From contig CABYXZ010000001.1 of NCBI GenBank assembly GCA_902523065.1, forward strand, positions 194,473-258,472: a stretch of DNA of 64,000 bases. Reading direction: 5' to 3'. Positions 20,001 through 28,476 of the stretch are shown here, piece by piece. The position numbers were made by a program, and so were the translations under genes. The first letter of the stretch is position 1; the number at the start of each line of letters is the position of its first letter. Under the pieces are notes generated by a model that did not search any database, was not told the DNA's origin, and saw nothing but the letters and a program-made list of their open reading frames with translations. This DNA is from an uncultured Marinoscillum sp. (GTDB lineage: Bacteria; Bacteroidota; Bacteroidia; Cytophagales; MED-G16).

Positions 20001-20499
20001 CGGAAGTTATTTCTTCAAAGGTGACACCTGAATCAGTTGTTTTTAAAATCCCACCCCCAACAGTTCCAATGAGCCATGTTTTATTTGTTTCATCTCTGGA
20101 GTCAACAATACCAGCAAGTGATCTACCAGGCATGTTTCCAGGACCTCTACTTTGAAAGACAGCATTGGTCTCTGCGTAATTAGTAAACTGTGGAGTTAAT
20201 TCTCTACTAGCAGCAGAAAACCTACTTTGATTTCTTCTCTTCATAGCTGCCAAAGCTTTATCATAGATATCAGATGGGTAGGTACCATATTTAGATGGTT
20301 TAGAAAGATCAATACCCCCATGCCTTTTAATCTCTAGTAAATAATTAATTTTTTCCGGACCTGTGTAAGTAGTACTTCCAACAGTAAGATCTGAATTAAA
20401 ACTTTTTAACGAAATATCAACTTCAGATGTACTTGAATTTTTTTTCGTATCCGAACATGAAACAATAAGAAATAATAAAATGTATTGCAGGTACTTCAT
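16228..20499 (-). CDS. Large BNR/Asp-box beta-propeller protein B, paralog of A, with lipoprotein signal and T9SS type A CTD
   Basis: ATG at 20499 preferred over the GTG at 20505. Lipobox LIVSC, the same domain order as A, HVDHH motif and identical CTD. Confidence 0.88.
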   Translation of the reverse strand: MKYLQYILLFLIVSCSDTKKNSSTSEVDISLKSFNSDLTVGSTTYTGPEKINYLLEIKRHGGIDLSKPSKYGTYPSDIYDKALAAMKRRNQSRFSAASRELTPQFTNYAETNAVFQSRGPGNMPGRSLAGIVDSRDETNKTWLIGTVGGGILKTTDSGVTFEEITSELKNSYISTIEQSKSNPNIFYVGTGNSWQYEEAGQYGGSVYRSIDGGVTWDNISLKDSLGNIDFRFRSISDIVIDEEDPDVISVSIWPGGWYTNSPGSGFIYRSEDAGKSWNLKYTSEQLERITQLQPSPTDPKIIYASVSRKGVIKSIDGGKSWFNPGNIGLAGVISYDNESGIYNQSGDSNFGRVSVSISHKNPNTLYLGAYSEFPVNGGPTTQFSKLYVSHDGGISWNLIKNKDNTEDDWLNGLGYFANSIMIHPFNDSVVYHASQDMQRSTLLPDPGVSFNGSSTIVKTDNISSNINILNIWGGSALGSGSEWSDNSYNPDFDDIEIRFGPGKTQKAYRFSVPEGSTSGVPHANYTYQGITDVPFEVWNNSLEPPQQITVSFRDNYNDGSFNLLSEFGESREYIIPQNIPYDPTMSQSEITQENGQLYKSTFLIWLYLAEGVTWNPDSLPNSSLKIETLDVSYYTYKKETIDITDYYGSNDINQNVHVDHHFFKPIVNEQDTTFSFILGHDGGISVSKTKSNPGVVDDDFYNAGQVGDSWYVPSSGFNTSLLWGADKVKGREQYLVGAQDHGSFLSNKNFVGSDTSNYTQFWSGDGFEILAHNSDPDKMFGGSQFNSAVRSTDGGDSWSFVSNMPAFQSLNAPFSSQYESSYQDPDLILSLNSTGVGKSTDWGDTWINVEVPDGNWANINSRDISVSDANPRYIWVGGYMGNLSQIYVSDDWGNSYNPVNNFTNENGLAMGTISGIYTHPYEDSSAYVLFSYYGFPKVIKTEDLGNTWEDISGFASLDEGISVSSTGFPNVGVYSLLVMPHNNDIIWVGTDIGLIESTDGGKSWYLVESNMPFTAIYDLKVKDQGQVIITTHGAGLWTATIEDLKSFIPKPATLPPVIDDAYQVSNENEYIINTTINFKSAYDSLSIQANETVYITITDSINIETSDIVFNVLDKGDYTLQAFGYKDGIAYPSNEFDITLNPTLAPRTEYSTTFSDLVGDEFGLDRFRIGSQGGFQGRQLHTEHPYESGVAGGYDDGYSVHALLNIPIIITDYTPSIRFKEIVLVEPGEPGTSFGDWNFWDYVIVEASKDGVYWRRLIDGYDSDADPAWRTAYNIGEFGSPDLIRDRQINFSPHFSVGDTVKVRFRMFSDDLTVSWGWMVDDLYIQKDLPVVQGIEFTELDKDISIYPNPTSGEFSIDFNDTWQGDVNCRITDIFGRNIYTNTLDNKSSNSSHKIDIRDSNDGMYIIQLVQGEKKTMKKIIKE

Positions 20500-20559
20500 T
20501 ATCACTAAAATAATATAGAAAAGTTAATATATGGCGTTTAAACTAAAAAAATAGTTGAA

Positions 20560-21432
20560 CTAATTTGCACAAAATTCTTTGAGCCTCCTATTCTTACCTG
20601 GCTCTCTAAGTTTTTGAAGTGCTTTCTCCCTAATTTGTCTTACTCTTTCTCTTGTAAGACCCATAACATCACCAATTTCTTCAAGTGTGTAAGGATTGTC
20701 AAAACCGATACCAAAACTCATTAATACAACATCTCTTTCCCTAGGTGTAAGAGTAGATAATGCTCTCATTGTTTCAATTTTCAATGAATGATTGAATACC
20801 AATCCTGTATCAGTTGGACCTTCTGAGTCATTCTCAAGGACATCAAGAAGGGAACCGGAATCATCTTCCCCAAATGGAGCATCCATAGACATCTGCTTAA
20901 CTTCAGCACCAAGCGTACTTCTAACCTCGGATGTTTTCATATCAAGATTATCTGCTATTTCTTCCTCAGTTGGCTCTCTCTCGTACTTTTGCTCTAATTC
21001 TGCATACGCTCTTCTTATCTGATTAATTGCGCCAGATTTATTCATTGGTAATCGAACAATTCTTGACTGTTCTGCAAGTGCCTGCATAATAGATTGTCTT
21101 ATCCACCACACAGCATAAGATATGAATTTGAAACCCTTCGTTTCATCAAACTTTTTTGCTGCTTTTATTAAACCCAAATTGCCTTCATTTATTAAATCGT
21201 TTAGAGGAAGGCTTCTATTTTGATACTGCTTTGCTACTGACACAACAAATCTCAAATTAGCCCTTACAAGCTTATCCAGTGCGTCTTGGTTACCTTTTTT
21301 AATTTCTTTAGCAAGTCTAACTTCTTCCTCTGGGGTGATCATAGGAACGCCACTTACCTCTGTAAAATACTTTTCGAGAGTGTGACTTTCTCTTCTATTA
21401 GTTATCGATTGTGTGATTTTTAATTGTCTCAT
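20560..21432 (-). CDS. RNA polymerase sigma factor, RpoD/SigA family (Bacteroidota short form lacking region 1.1)
   Basis: MRQLKIT start, ANLRFVVSVAKQYQN, region 2.4 FISYAVWWIRQSI, region 4.2 LTRERVRQIREKAL. Confidence 0.92.
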   Translation of the reverse strand: MRQLKITQSITNRRESHTLEKYFTEVSGVPMITPEEEVRLAKEIKKGNQDALDKLVRANLRFVVSVAKQYQNRSLPLNDLINEGNLGLIKAAKKFDETKGFKFISYAVWWIRQSIMQALAEQSRIVRLPMNKSGAINQIRRAYAELEQKYEREPTEEEIADNLDMKTSEVRSTLGAEVKQMSMDAPFGEDDSGSLLDVLENDSEGPTDTGLVFNHSLKIETMRALSTLTPRERDVVLMSFGIGFDNPYTLEEIGDVMGLTRERVRQIREKALQKLREPGKNRRLKEFCAN

Positions 21433-21520
21433 TTAGATGTTTTATAAGGAAAAATATCAGCAAATGTATTATAATATTTCGTTTATTTCAAGTAATAATT
21501 ATACAATAAAGTGAAAAGAA

Positions 21521-21802
21521 TTAGTCAACTTCAATTTCAACATTTTCTGATGTTGGTGATGCCTGACAACATAATATATATCCATCATCAATCTCTTCAT
21601 CTGTGAGTCCATCAGAGACTTCCATGTCGACCTCACCACTTTTTAAGTATGCCATACACGCAGTACATACACCACTTTGGCAAGAATATGGCAAGTCTAT
21701 ATCATTTTCTAGGGCGGCATCAAGAATAGTCTCAGACTTTTTAACTTCCAAATCTATCTTCTCACCATCCATAGATATTTTAACTCTTCTAAATTCACTC
21801 AT
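21521..21802 (-). CDS. Stand-alone plant-type 2Fe-2S ferredoxin
   Basis: PYSCQSGVCTAC...ILCCQA cysteine pattern; acidic, 93 aa. Confidence 0.9.
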   Translation of the reverse strand: MSEFRRVKISMDGEKIDLEVKKSETILDAALENDIDLPYSCQSGVCTACMAYLKSGEVDMEVSDGLTDEEIDDGYILCCQASPTSENVEIEVD

Positions 21803-21847
21803 TAAACCTAATAACGTTGGTATAGGACATCTGTTACAATTATTCTT

Positions 21848-21855
21848 TAAATTTG
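21848..21855 (+). promoter_or_regulatory. Candidate -7 promoter box directly before the purB start
   Basis: TAAATTTG followed by CTT ATG. Confidence 0.45.
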
Positions 21856-21858
21856 CTT

Positions 21859-23217
21859 ATGAGTGACAGTATATTTTTTTTAAAATCAATATCTCCTATA
21901 GACGGTAGATATCATAACAAAACCTCAGAACTCTCGAATTATTTTTCTGAGTTTGCACTTATAAAGTATAGGGTATTTATTGAGATACAATACTTTATTG
22001 AACTATCAAATACTGATATTAAAATTTTTCAATCACTCAATAACAATGATAAAAAAAATATTGAATCAATATATGGTAACTTCTGTTTGGAAGATGCTGT
22101 AAGAATTAAAGAGTTAGAGAAAGAGATAAATCACGATGTCAAAGCAGTTGAGTATTTCATAAAAATGAAATTTGATGAACTTAAACTGTCAAAATTTAAA
22201 GAATTTATTCATTTTGGTCTCACCTCCCAAGATGTAAATAATACTGCAGTACCACTAATGTTAAAAGATTCAATGGATAATGTTATCTCATTGTGTTATA
22301 AAAAATTAATCAATGAATTGAATCAGATTTCTAGCAAACTTAAAGATGTTGCCATGATTTCAAGGACGCATGGTCAACCTGCGACACCAACCACATTTGG
22401 AAAAGAATTCAAAGTATTTGAAGTAAGACTTTTGAACCAAATCAAATCGTTAAATAAGATACCAAATAATGGAAAATTTGGTGGTGCATCAGGAAATTTA
22501 AATGCGCATTATGCTGCATTTCCAAATATTAACTGGGATAAATTTTCGGATAAGTTTTTAGAAAGAATTGGTCTGGAAAGAAGTAAGCCAACTACCCAGA
22601 TTGAACACTATGATAATATGGCTTCTAAGTTTCATAATCTATCAAGAATTAATACAATTTTAATAGATATGTGTAAAGATATTTGGCACTACATATCAAT
22701 TAACTACCTCATTCAAAAAGTGAATAAACAAGAAGTTGGGTCATCTGCAATGCCTCACAAAGTAAATCCAATTGATTTTGAAAATGCAGAAGGAAATTTT
22801 ATGATTGCAAATTCTCAATTGATATTTCTTGCAGAAAAATTACCAGTTTCCAGACTTCAGAGGGACTTAACTGATTCGACTGTATCAAGAAATATCGGAG
22901 TGCCTCTATCACATATTAAAATTGCCCTAGATTCATTAATTAATGGACTCAAAAAAATTGACGTTAACGAAAGAATTATAAATTTAGATCTTAAAGATAA
23001 TTGGGCAGTAGTGTCGGAGGGAATACAAACTATTTTAAGAAGAGAAAATATAGAAAACCCTTATGAGATACTTAAAGACCTAACTCGTGGAAATAAGAAT
23101 ATAAATGAAAAATCCATAAAAGAATTTATTAACGGTTTACCAGTTGATAAATCGGTTAAAAAAGAACTATTATCATTATCTCCAGAGAGTTATCTTGGAA
23201 ACCTGAAAAATGATTAA
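21859..23217 (+). CDS. purB: Adenylosuccinate lyase
   Basis: SPIDGRY, TSQDVNN, RTHGQPATPTT, signature GSSAMPHKVNPIDFENAEGN and SRLQRDLTDST. ATG at 21859 chosen. Confidence 0.96.
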   Translation: MSDSIFFLKSISPIDGRYHNKTSELSNYFSEFALIKYRVFIEIQYFIELSNTDIKIFQSLNNNDKKNIESIYGNFCLEDAVRIKELEKEINHDVKAVEYFIKMKFDELKLSKFKEFIHFGLTSQDVNNTAVPLMLKDSMDNVISLCYKKLINELNQISSKLKDVAMISRTHGQPATPTTFGKEFKVFEVRLLNQIKSLNKIPNNGKFGGASGNLNAHYAAFPNINWDKFSDKFLERIGLERSKPTTQIEHYDNMASKFHNLSRINTILIDMCKDIWHYISINYLIQKVNKQEVGSSAMPHKVNPIDFENAEGNFMIANSQLIFLAEKLPVSRLQRDLTDSTVSRNIGVPLSHIKIALDSLINGLKKIDVNERIINLDLKDNWAVVSEGIQTILRRENIENPYEILKDLTRGNKNINEKSIKEFINGLPVDKSVKKELLSLSPESYLGNLKND

Positions 23218-23977
23218 GATACTTGTTGGATTTATTCTTAGAAAATTACCTAGGACTCTTTTACAAAGAATTAGTAAGCCATTTTTCTATATAATTTCAA
23301 TTTTTTATCGAGGGAATAAAGTTTCTTGTCCTATTTGTGGAAGTCAATTTTCAACTTTTTTCCCATACGGAAGAGAGACCCGAGAAAATGCATTATGTAC
23401 AAATTGTTTATCACTTGAAAGACATAGGTTTCTTTATTTGTACATGAGAGATGTTAAGAGAATTTTTAATAAAAAAATGAATATTCTACATATAGCTCCA
23501 GAAGCTTGTCTAACAAAAAAATTTAAAAATAATCCTAATTTCCAATATGTCACAGCAGATCTTTACTCTCCATTAGCTGATGTAAAGATGGATATTCATA
23601 ATATTCCTTTTGGAGATAATCATTTTGATCTTGTTCTTTGTAATCACGTACTTGAACATGTTGAGGACGATATTTTAGCCCTTAAGGAGATAAGAAGAGT
23701 CCTCAAAAAAAATGGTTTTGGTATAGTTATGATTCCTTTTTACAACCCAGTTCCAGAAACTACACTACAAGATAAGTCTATTGTTTCATCAAAAGATAGA
23801 GAAAAATATTACGGACAATCGGACCATCTTAGAAAATATGGAAATGATTTTAAAAATAGATTTGAATCATCAGGACTTCATATTGATGTGATAAAACCAG
23901 AAAAATTTTTAAAATCATCTGAAATCATAAAATATGGCATAATAAAGTCTGATATGATAATATCAGTTTCTAAATAA
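23210..23977 (+). CDS. Class I SAM-dependent methyltransferase with N-terminal CxxC zinc knuckle
   Basis: CPICG...CTNCLSLERHR, ILHIAPE and DLVLCNHVLEHV. Confidence 0.85.
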   Translation: MIKILVGFILRKLPRTLLQRISKPFFYIISIFYRGNKVSCPICGSQFSTFFPYGRETRENALCTNCLSLERHRFLYLYMRDVKRIFNKKMNILHIAPEACLTKKFKNNPNFQYVTADLYSPLADVKMDIHNIPFGDNHFDLVLCNHVLEHVEDDILALKEIRRVLKKNGFGIVMIPFYNPVPETTLQDKSIVSSKDREKYYGQSDHLRKYGNDFKNRFESSGLHIDVIKPEKFLKSSEIIKYGIIKSDMIISVSK

Positions 23978-24928
23978 GCCATAGATGTATCCACTACCAT
24001 ATCCTAGAAATTGAGTGATCGTTGTTAAAATAGACAATAAACCAATTATTGGATTTAAATTTAATAATGAGGAACTTAAAAATATAGCAAGAAAGTAGAT
24101 TGAATAAATAATATTTAATATAAAAAAGTTATCAAGGATTAAAAACTGAAATATTATCATAAAAGACAGACCTAAAGAAAAAAATGAAGGAAATAAGTGA
24201 AATATTCTAAATGTACCACTATACTTTTCATCTAGAAATCTTCTTCCCTTTCCAGACCTAAACATCTGGCTGAAAAACTTAAATAAGTTAGTTCTTCTTT
24301 TATGATAAACCTTTGCATCTGGAATTAATGCTGATTTTTTATTTGAAAATAACAACTTGTATGAAAGATCTAAATCTTCACCATACTGCCTAATATTAGA
24401 GAATCCATCAACACTTATAAATGCATTTCTTTTGATTCCCATATTGAAAGATCTTGGTAAAAATTTATCAATTGATTTTTTTCCTCCTCTGATTCCTCCA
24501 GTTGTAAACAATGAGGTCATGGAATAATTAATTGATTTTTGTAGATATGTGAAACTTTTATCCATCATATCAGGACCACCAAAGAAATCAATCTTATTTT
24601 CTTTCAAAAATTTTTCTACAACTAAAAAATAATCTCTTGGAATTGTACAATCTGAATCAAAAAAAATAATCCATTCACCTGATGCTTTATTAACTCCAAA
24701 GTTTCTTGCCATTGCCGGACCTTGATTTTCTGTGAAATAATAAGAAATTTGAAATTTTTTCTTGTAAGAATCATAAACTTCCCTTGATGAAATTTGAGAA
24801 CCATCGTCTACAATAATCAACTCAAAATTTTTAAATGATTGATTGTTTAAGCTATGTAGAAGCTCCTCCATTTCCTCAGGCCTGTTGTATACTGCTACAA
24901 CAATTGAGTACTTGACAGATTTAGACAT
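23963..24928 (-). CDS. Glycosyltransferase family 2 protein
   Basis: SIVVAVYNR, IVDDGS, GPAMARNFG, FFDSDC, GEDLDLS and C-terminal TM helices. Confidence 0.9.
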   Translation of the reverse strand: MSKSVKYSIVVAVYNRPEEMEELLHSLNNQSFKNFELIIVDDGSQISSREVYDSYKKKFQISYYFTENQGPAMARNFGVNKASGEWIIFFDSDCTIPRDYFLVVEKFLKENKIDFFGGPDMMDKSFTYLQKSINYSMTSLFTTGGIRGGKKSIDKFLPRSFNMGIKRNAFISVDGFSNIRQYGEDLDLSYKLLFSNKKSALIPDAKVYHKRRTNLFKFFSQMFRSGKGRRFLDEKYSGTFRIFHLFPSFFSLGLSFMIIFQFLILDNFFILNIIYSIYFLAIFLSSSLLNLNPIIGLLSILTTITQFLGYGSGYIYGLFRN

Positions 24929-25892
24929 TTTTTGTTTTATCTATTTTATATCTTTTCTTGTCTGAATTTATCTGAATAAAAAGCTCTGATAAAAAGCCAA
25001 CTAAAAAAAGTTGGACACCAATGACAATAGCAACTAGTGCTATATAGAATAGAGGTTGATCAGTAACTGGACGTATAAATTCAATGGGTATATTCTGCGA
25101 GATTTTAGATATTTTTTCATATACAATCATACCAACTGAAACAAAACCAATCAAGAAAAACAGGACGCCTAATGAACCAAAAAAATGCATGGGCCTCTGT
25201 TTGAATCTGTAAACAAAACTAACAGACAATAAATCTAAAAAACCCCTAATAAATCTTTCCATACCAAACTTTGTAACTCCAAATTTACGCTTATTATGCT
25301 TAACAATTTTCTCTCCAATAAAATTATATCCATTCCATTTGGCAATTAAAGGAATATATCTGTGCATCTCTCCGTACAAATTGATTGATTTTATAACCTC
25401 TTTTCTATAAATTTTAATTCCACAATTAAAATCATTAAGCTTAATACCAGAAAAAACTCTTGTAACATAGTTGAAAAATTTTGATGGAATTGTTTTTGTA
25501 ATTGGATCATTTCTTTTCTTTTTCCAACCACTCACTAAATCAAATTTTTTATTTCTTATAAGTTGAAATAATTCATATATCTCTGAAGGATCATCTTGCA
25601 AGTCCGCATCCATTGTTAAAATATAATCACCTTCAGACTCTTTAAATCCTGCATCTAGGGCATCTGATTTACCATAATTCTTTGAAAACTTTATAGCTTT
25701 TACTTTTTTATCAGAAATGGTAATTTTTTCCATTTCTTTCCAAGTATCATCATTACTTCCATCATCAATGAAAATAACCTCATAACTTAGTAGCTTTTCG
25801 CTTAGTTTATCAGTAATCAGATTATAAAGCTGAGGAATTGATTGTGCCTCATTAAATGCGGGAATAATAATTGATAAATCTAATTTTTGCAT
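24921..25892 (-). CDS. Glycosyltransferase family 2, polyprenol-phosphate sugar synthase type (ArnC/DPM1-like)
   Basis: IIIPAFNE, FIDDGSND, NYGKSDAL, TMDADLQDDP, DFNCGIK, GEMHRYIP and two C-terminal TM helices. Confidence 0.88.
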   Translation of the reverse strand: MQKLDLSIIIPAFNEAQSIPQLYNLITDKLSEKLLSYEVIFIDDGSNDDTWKEMEKITISDKKVKAIKFSKNYGKSDALDAGFKESEGDYILTMDADLQDDPSEIYELFQLIRNKKFDLVSGWKKKRNDPITKTIPSKFFNYVTRVFSGIKLNDFNCGIKIYRKEVIKSINLYGEMHRYIPLIAKWNGYNFIGEKIVKHNKRKFGVTKFGMERFIRGFLDLLSVSFVYRFKQRPMHFFGSLGVLFFLIGFVSVGMIVYEKISKISQNIPIEFIRPVTDQPLFYIALVAIVIGVQLFLVGFLSELFIQINSDKKRYKIDKTKNV

Positions 25893-27160
25893 TAATTAAT
25901 TTCTTTTATCCTATTGTCTTTAATCACCGCTTTGACTTTTCCTTTAAGTGACCAATTTAACCAGGGCGAATTAATTGATTTTGAGAGATTCGAATTTTCA
26001 TTATAATCCCAAGAACCGTCAGGATCAAATACTGTAAACGATGCTTTTGAGCCCTCAACAACTGAATAGGTTTCAACACCAAGTATTTTTTTTGGGTTAG
26101 TAGAAAAAGTTTTAATTAAATTTTCAAGTGGAATTCTTCTGGAAAGTTGAACAATATTAGAAAAGAAAGTTTGTAGTGATATCACCCCAAAGTTTGCTTT
26201 TTCAAATTCACATTTTTTTGTATCAATATCTTGAGGTTCGTGGTGAGAGGCTATGATATCTATTGTACCATCATTTATTCCCTCAATTAATGCATCTATA
26301 TCTTCTTTAGTTCTTAGAGGAGGATCAACCTTATAGTTAGGGTCAAAACTAACAACGTTTGAATCATCAAGAATCAAATTATGAATTGGAACATCACATG
26401 TTACATTTAATTTTTTTGTTTTTGCATCTCTGATAATTGAAACTGATTCTTTTGTCGAAATACCAGAAAAGTGAATTTTCCCACCAACATATTCTAAAAT
26501 AGATAAATCCCTTTCAACTGCAATGCTCTCAGAAATTCTAGGAATACCTTTAAGACCTACAGTATTACTGTAGTAACCATTATTTACAACGCCATCTGAA
26601 AAAGATCGATCTTTAGGTTTAGTAAGTAACAAAGTATCAATTTGATTCAAATAAAGTAATGAATTCATTATCATTTCACTACTTTCCTTACATGAATATG
26701 AGTTGGTAAATGCTTTAACACCAGAGTTATGAAGATCAATAATATCATTCAAATCTTTACCATTAAAATTTTTAGATATTGCAGCAGAAGGATGAATCTC
26801 ACAAAAATTATTCAATGATTTTTTTTGAATATATGAAACATCGGCTTTAGTTTGAATTATAGGATTAGTGTTTGGAGTAATCAAAACGTCAAGAAATCCT
26901 GAATTAATTGCAACATGTACACCAGACTTTAAATTTTCTTTATACTCATATCCAGGATCACAAAAGTTTGCATTAAAATCAAACCAACTTTCACTAATAT
27001 AAAGACCCTCGAGATCAACTACTTTCTTGACTTTATCTGATATCTTATTTTTTGATATCTTTTTAATATATCCTTTACTATCAATTAGGATATTAACATT
27101 TGAATTAAAATATTTAGATGTCGTATCAGATACTGTAACAGAATTAAGTAGTAATGACAT
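25892..27160 (-). CDS. Dihydroorotase-like protein, probably catalytically inactive (PyrC'-type)
   Basis: Class I DHOase layout (DPGYEYKE, PNTNP, KVDPPLRT). The HxH metal motif is replaced by FNANF, and the usual xTDHAP reads ASHHEP. Confidence 0.8.
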   Translation of the reverse strand: MSLLLNSVTVSDTTSKYFNSNVNILIDSKGYIKKISKNKISDKVKKVVDLEGLYISESWFDFNANFCDPGYEYKENLKSGVHVAINSGFLDVLITPNTNPIIQTKADVSYIQKKSLNNFCEIHPSAAISKNFNGKDLNDIIDLHNSGVKAFTNSYSCKESSEMIMNSLLYLNQIDTLLLTKPKDRSFSDGVVNNGYYSNTVGLKGIPRISESIAVERDLSILEYVGGKIHFSGISTKESVSIIRDAKTKKLNVTCDVPIHNLILDDSNVVSFDPNYKVDPPLRTKEDIDALIEGINDGTIDIIASHHEPQDIDTKKCEFEKANFGVISLQTFFSNIVQLSRRIPLENLIKTFSTNPKKILGVETYSVVEGSKASFTVFDPDGSWDYNENSNLSKSINSPWLNWSLKGKVKAVIKDNRIKEIN

Positions 27161-27207
27161 TCAAAAATATTTTAGCAAAACTAAAACATATTTGATTTAT
27201 CAAAAAA

Positions 27208-28476
27208 TTAATCTAATAAAACAGTTTCCTCCCTGTCAGGACCAAGAGATATTAATTTAATCTTAACTCCTACACTACCCTCTATAAATGTAATATAGTT
27301 TTTAAAGTTATCTTCTAAGTCCTCATACCTTCTAGATTCATTAACTTTAGATGTCCATCCTGGAAACACTGTATAAACAGGTTTTATATTATCTGAATCA
27401 ATAATAGATGGAAAATAGTCAATCTCTTTTCCATCATAAATATATCCTGTACAGACCTTAACTTCATCAAAATCTGATAAAACGTCCGCCTTCATAATAT
27501 ATAAGTGAGTAACACCATTTAACATTACTGAATATTTAAGAGCAGGTATGTCTAACCAACCGCATCTCCTCGGCCTTCCTGTAGTTGAACCAAATTCATT
27601 ACCATTATGAGCAATAGTATCTCCAATATCGTCAAAAAGTTCAGTTGGAAAAGGTCCTGCTCCAACTCTAGTACAGTATGCCTTGAAAATACCATATACA
27701 TTGGAAATTTTTCTTGGTGAAATACCGAGACCAATACAAGCTCCAGCAGTTGTTGTATTTGAGGATGTTACAAAGGGGTAGCTACCAAAATCAATATCAA
27801 GGAGTGTCCCCTGAGCACCCTCTGCTAAAAATTTTTTCTCTTTATTTATGTTGTTATTGATTAAATACTCAGTATCAGTAATCTCAAATTTTTTCAAAAA
27901 TTGAACAGAAAGAAAAAAATTTTCTTCCTCTAATTTAAAGTTGTCATCATAATGACTGGCCAAGAAATAATCATGATAAGATTTTTGTTTATCATATTTA
28001 TCCTTGAATGATTTTGATAAAACATCACCTACCCTAAGTCCATGCCTACCAATTTTATCCTGATATGTAGGACCTATTCCCTTTAGTGTAGAACCAATTT
28101 TATTGTCACCTTTATTTTTTTCTAAAACCTTATCTAAGAGCCTATGAACAGGGGAAATTAATTGGGCTTTATTAGAAATCGATATTATTTCATGTAAATT
28201 AATTTTAAATTTTTCATGAATAGAATCAACCTCATTTTTAAATATTACTGGATCTAAAACAACTCCATTACCGATTATATTATGTTTATTCTTTCTGAAA
28301 ATACCGGAAGGTATTTGATGTAAAACATGTTTTTTATCATCAAATTTAAGAGTATGGCCTGCATTTGGTCCACCTTGAAATCTAGCAATAAAATCATATT
28401 TGGGGGCTAGAAAATCGACTACTTTCCCTTTCCCTTCATCACCCCACTGTAAACCTAACAAAACATCAACCGACAT
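27208..28476 (-). CDS. purA: Adenylosuccinate synthetase
   Basis: GLQWGDEGKGK, QGGPNAGHT, EGAQGTLLDIDFGSYPFVTSS and EFGSTTGRPRRCGWLD. Confidence 0.97.
   Translation of the reverse strand: MSVDVLLGLQWGDEGKGKVVDFLAPKYDFIARFQGGPNAGHTLKFDDKKHVLHQIPSGIFRKNKHNIIGNGVVLDPVIFKNEVDSIHEKFKINLHEIISISNKAQLISPVHRLLDKVLEKNKGDNKIGSTLKGIGPTYQDKIGRHGLRVGDVLSKSFKDKYDKQKSYHDYFLASHYDDNFKLEEENFFLSVQFLKKFEITDTEYLINNNINKEKKFLAEGAQGTLLDIDFGSYPFVTSSNTTTAGACIGLGISPRKISNVYGIFKAYCTRVGAGPFPTELFDDIGDTIAHNGNEFGSTTGRPRRCGWLDIPALKYSVMLNGVTHLYIMKADVLSDFDEVKVCTGYIYDGKEIDYFPSIIDSDNIKPVYTVFPGWTSKVNESRRYEDLEDNFKNYITFIEGSVGVKIKLISLGPDREETVLLD

Noticed and set aside
11939-20499. Diversity-generating retroelement, shufflon or CRISPR interpretation of the repeat
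   Set aside because: There is no reverse transcriptase, recombinase, inverted repeat or repeat-spacer array. The mismatches are few, mostly synonymous and not adenine-specific.
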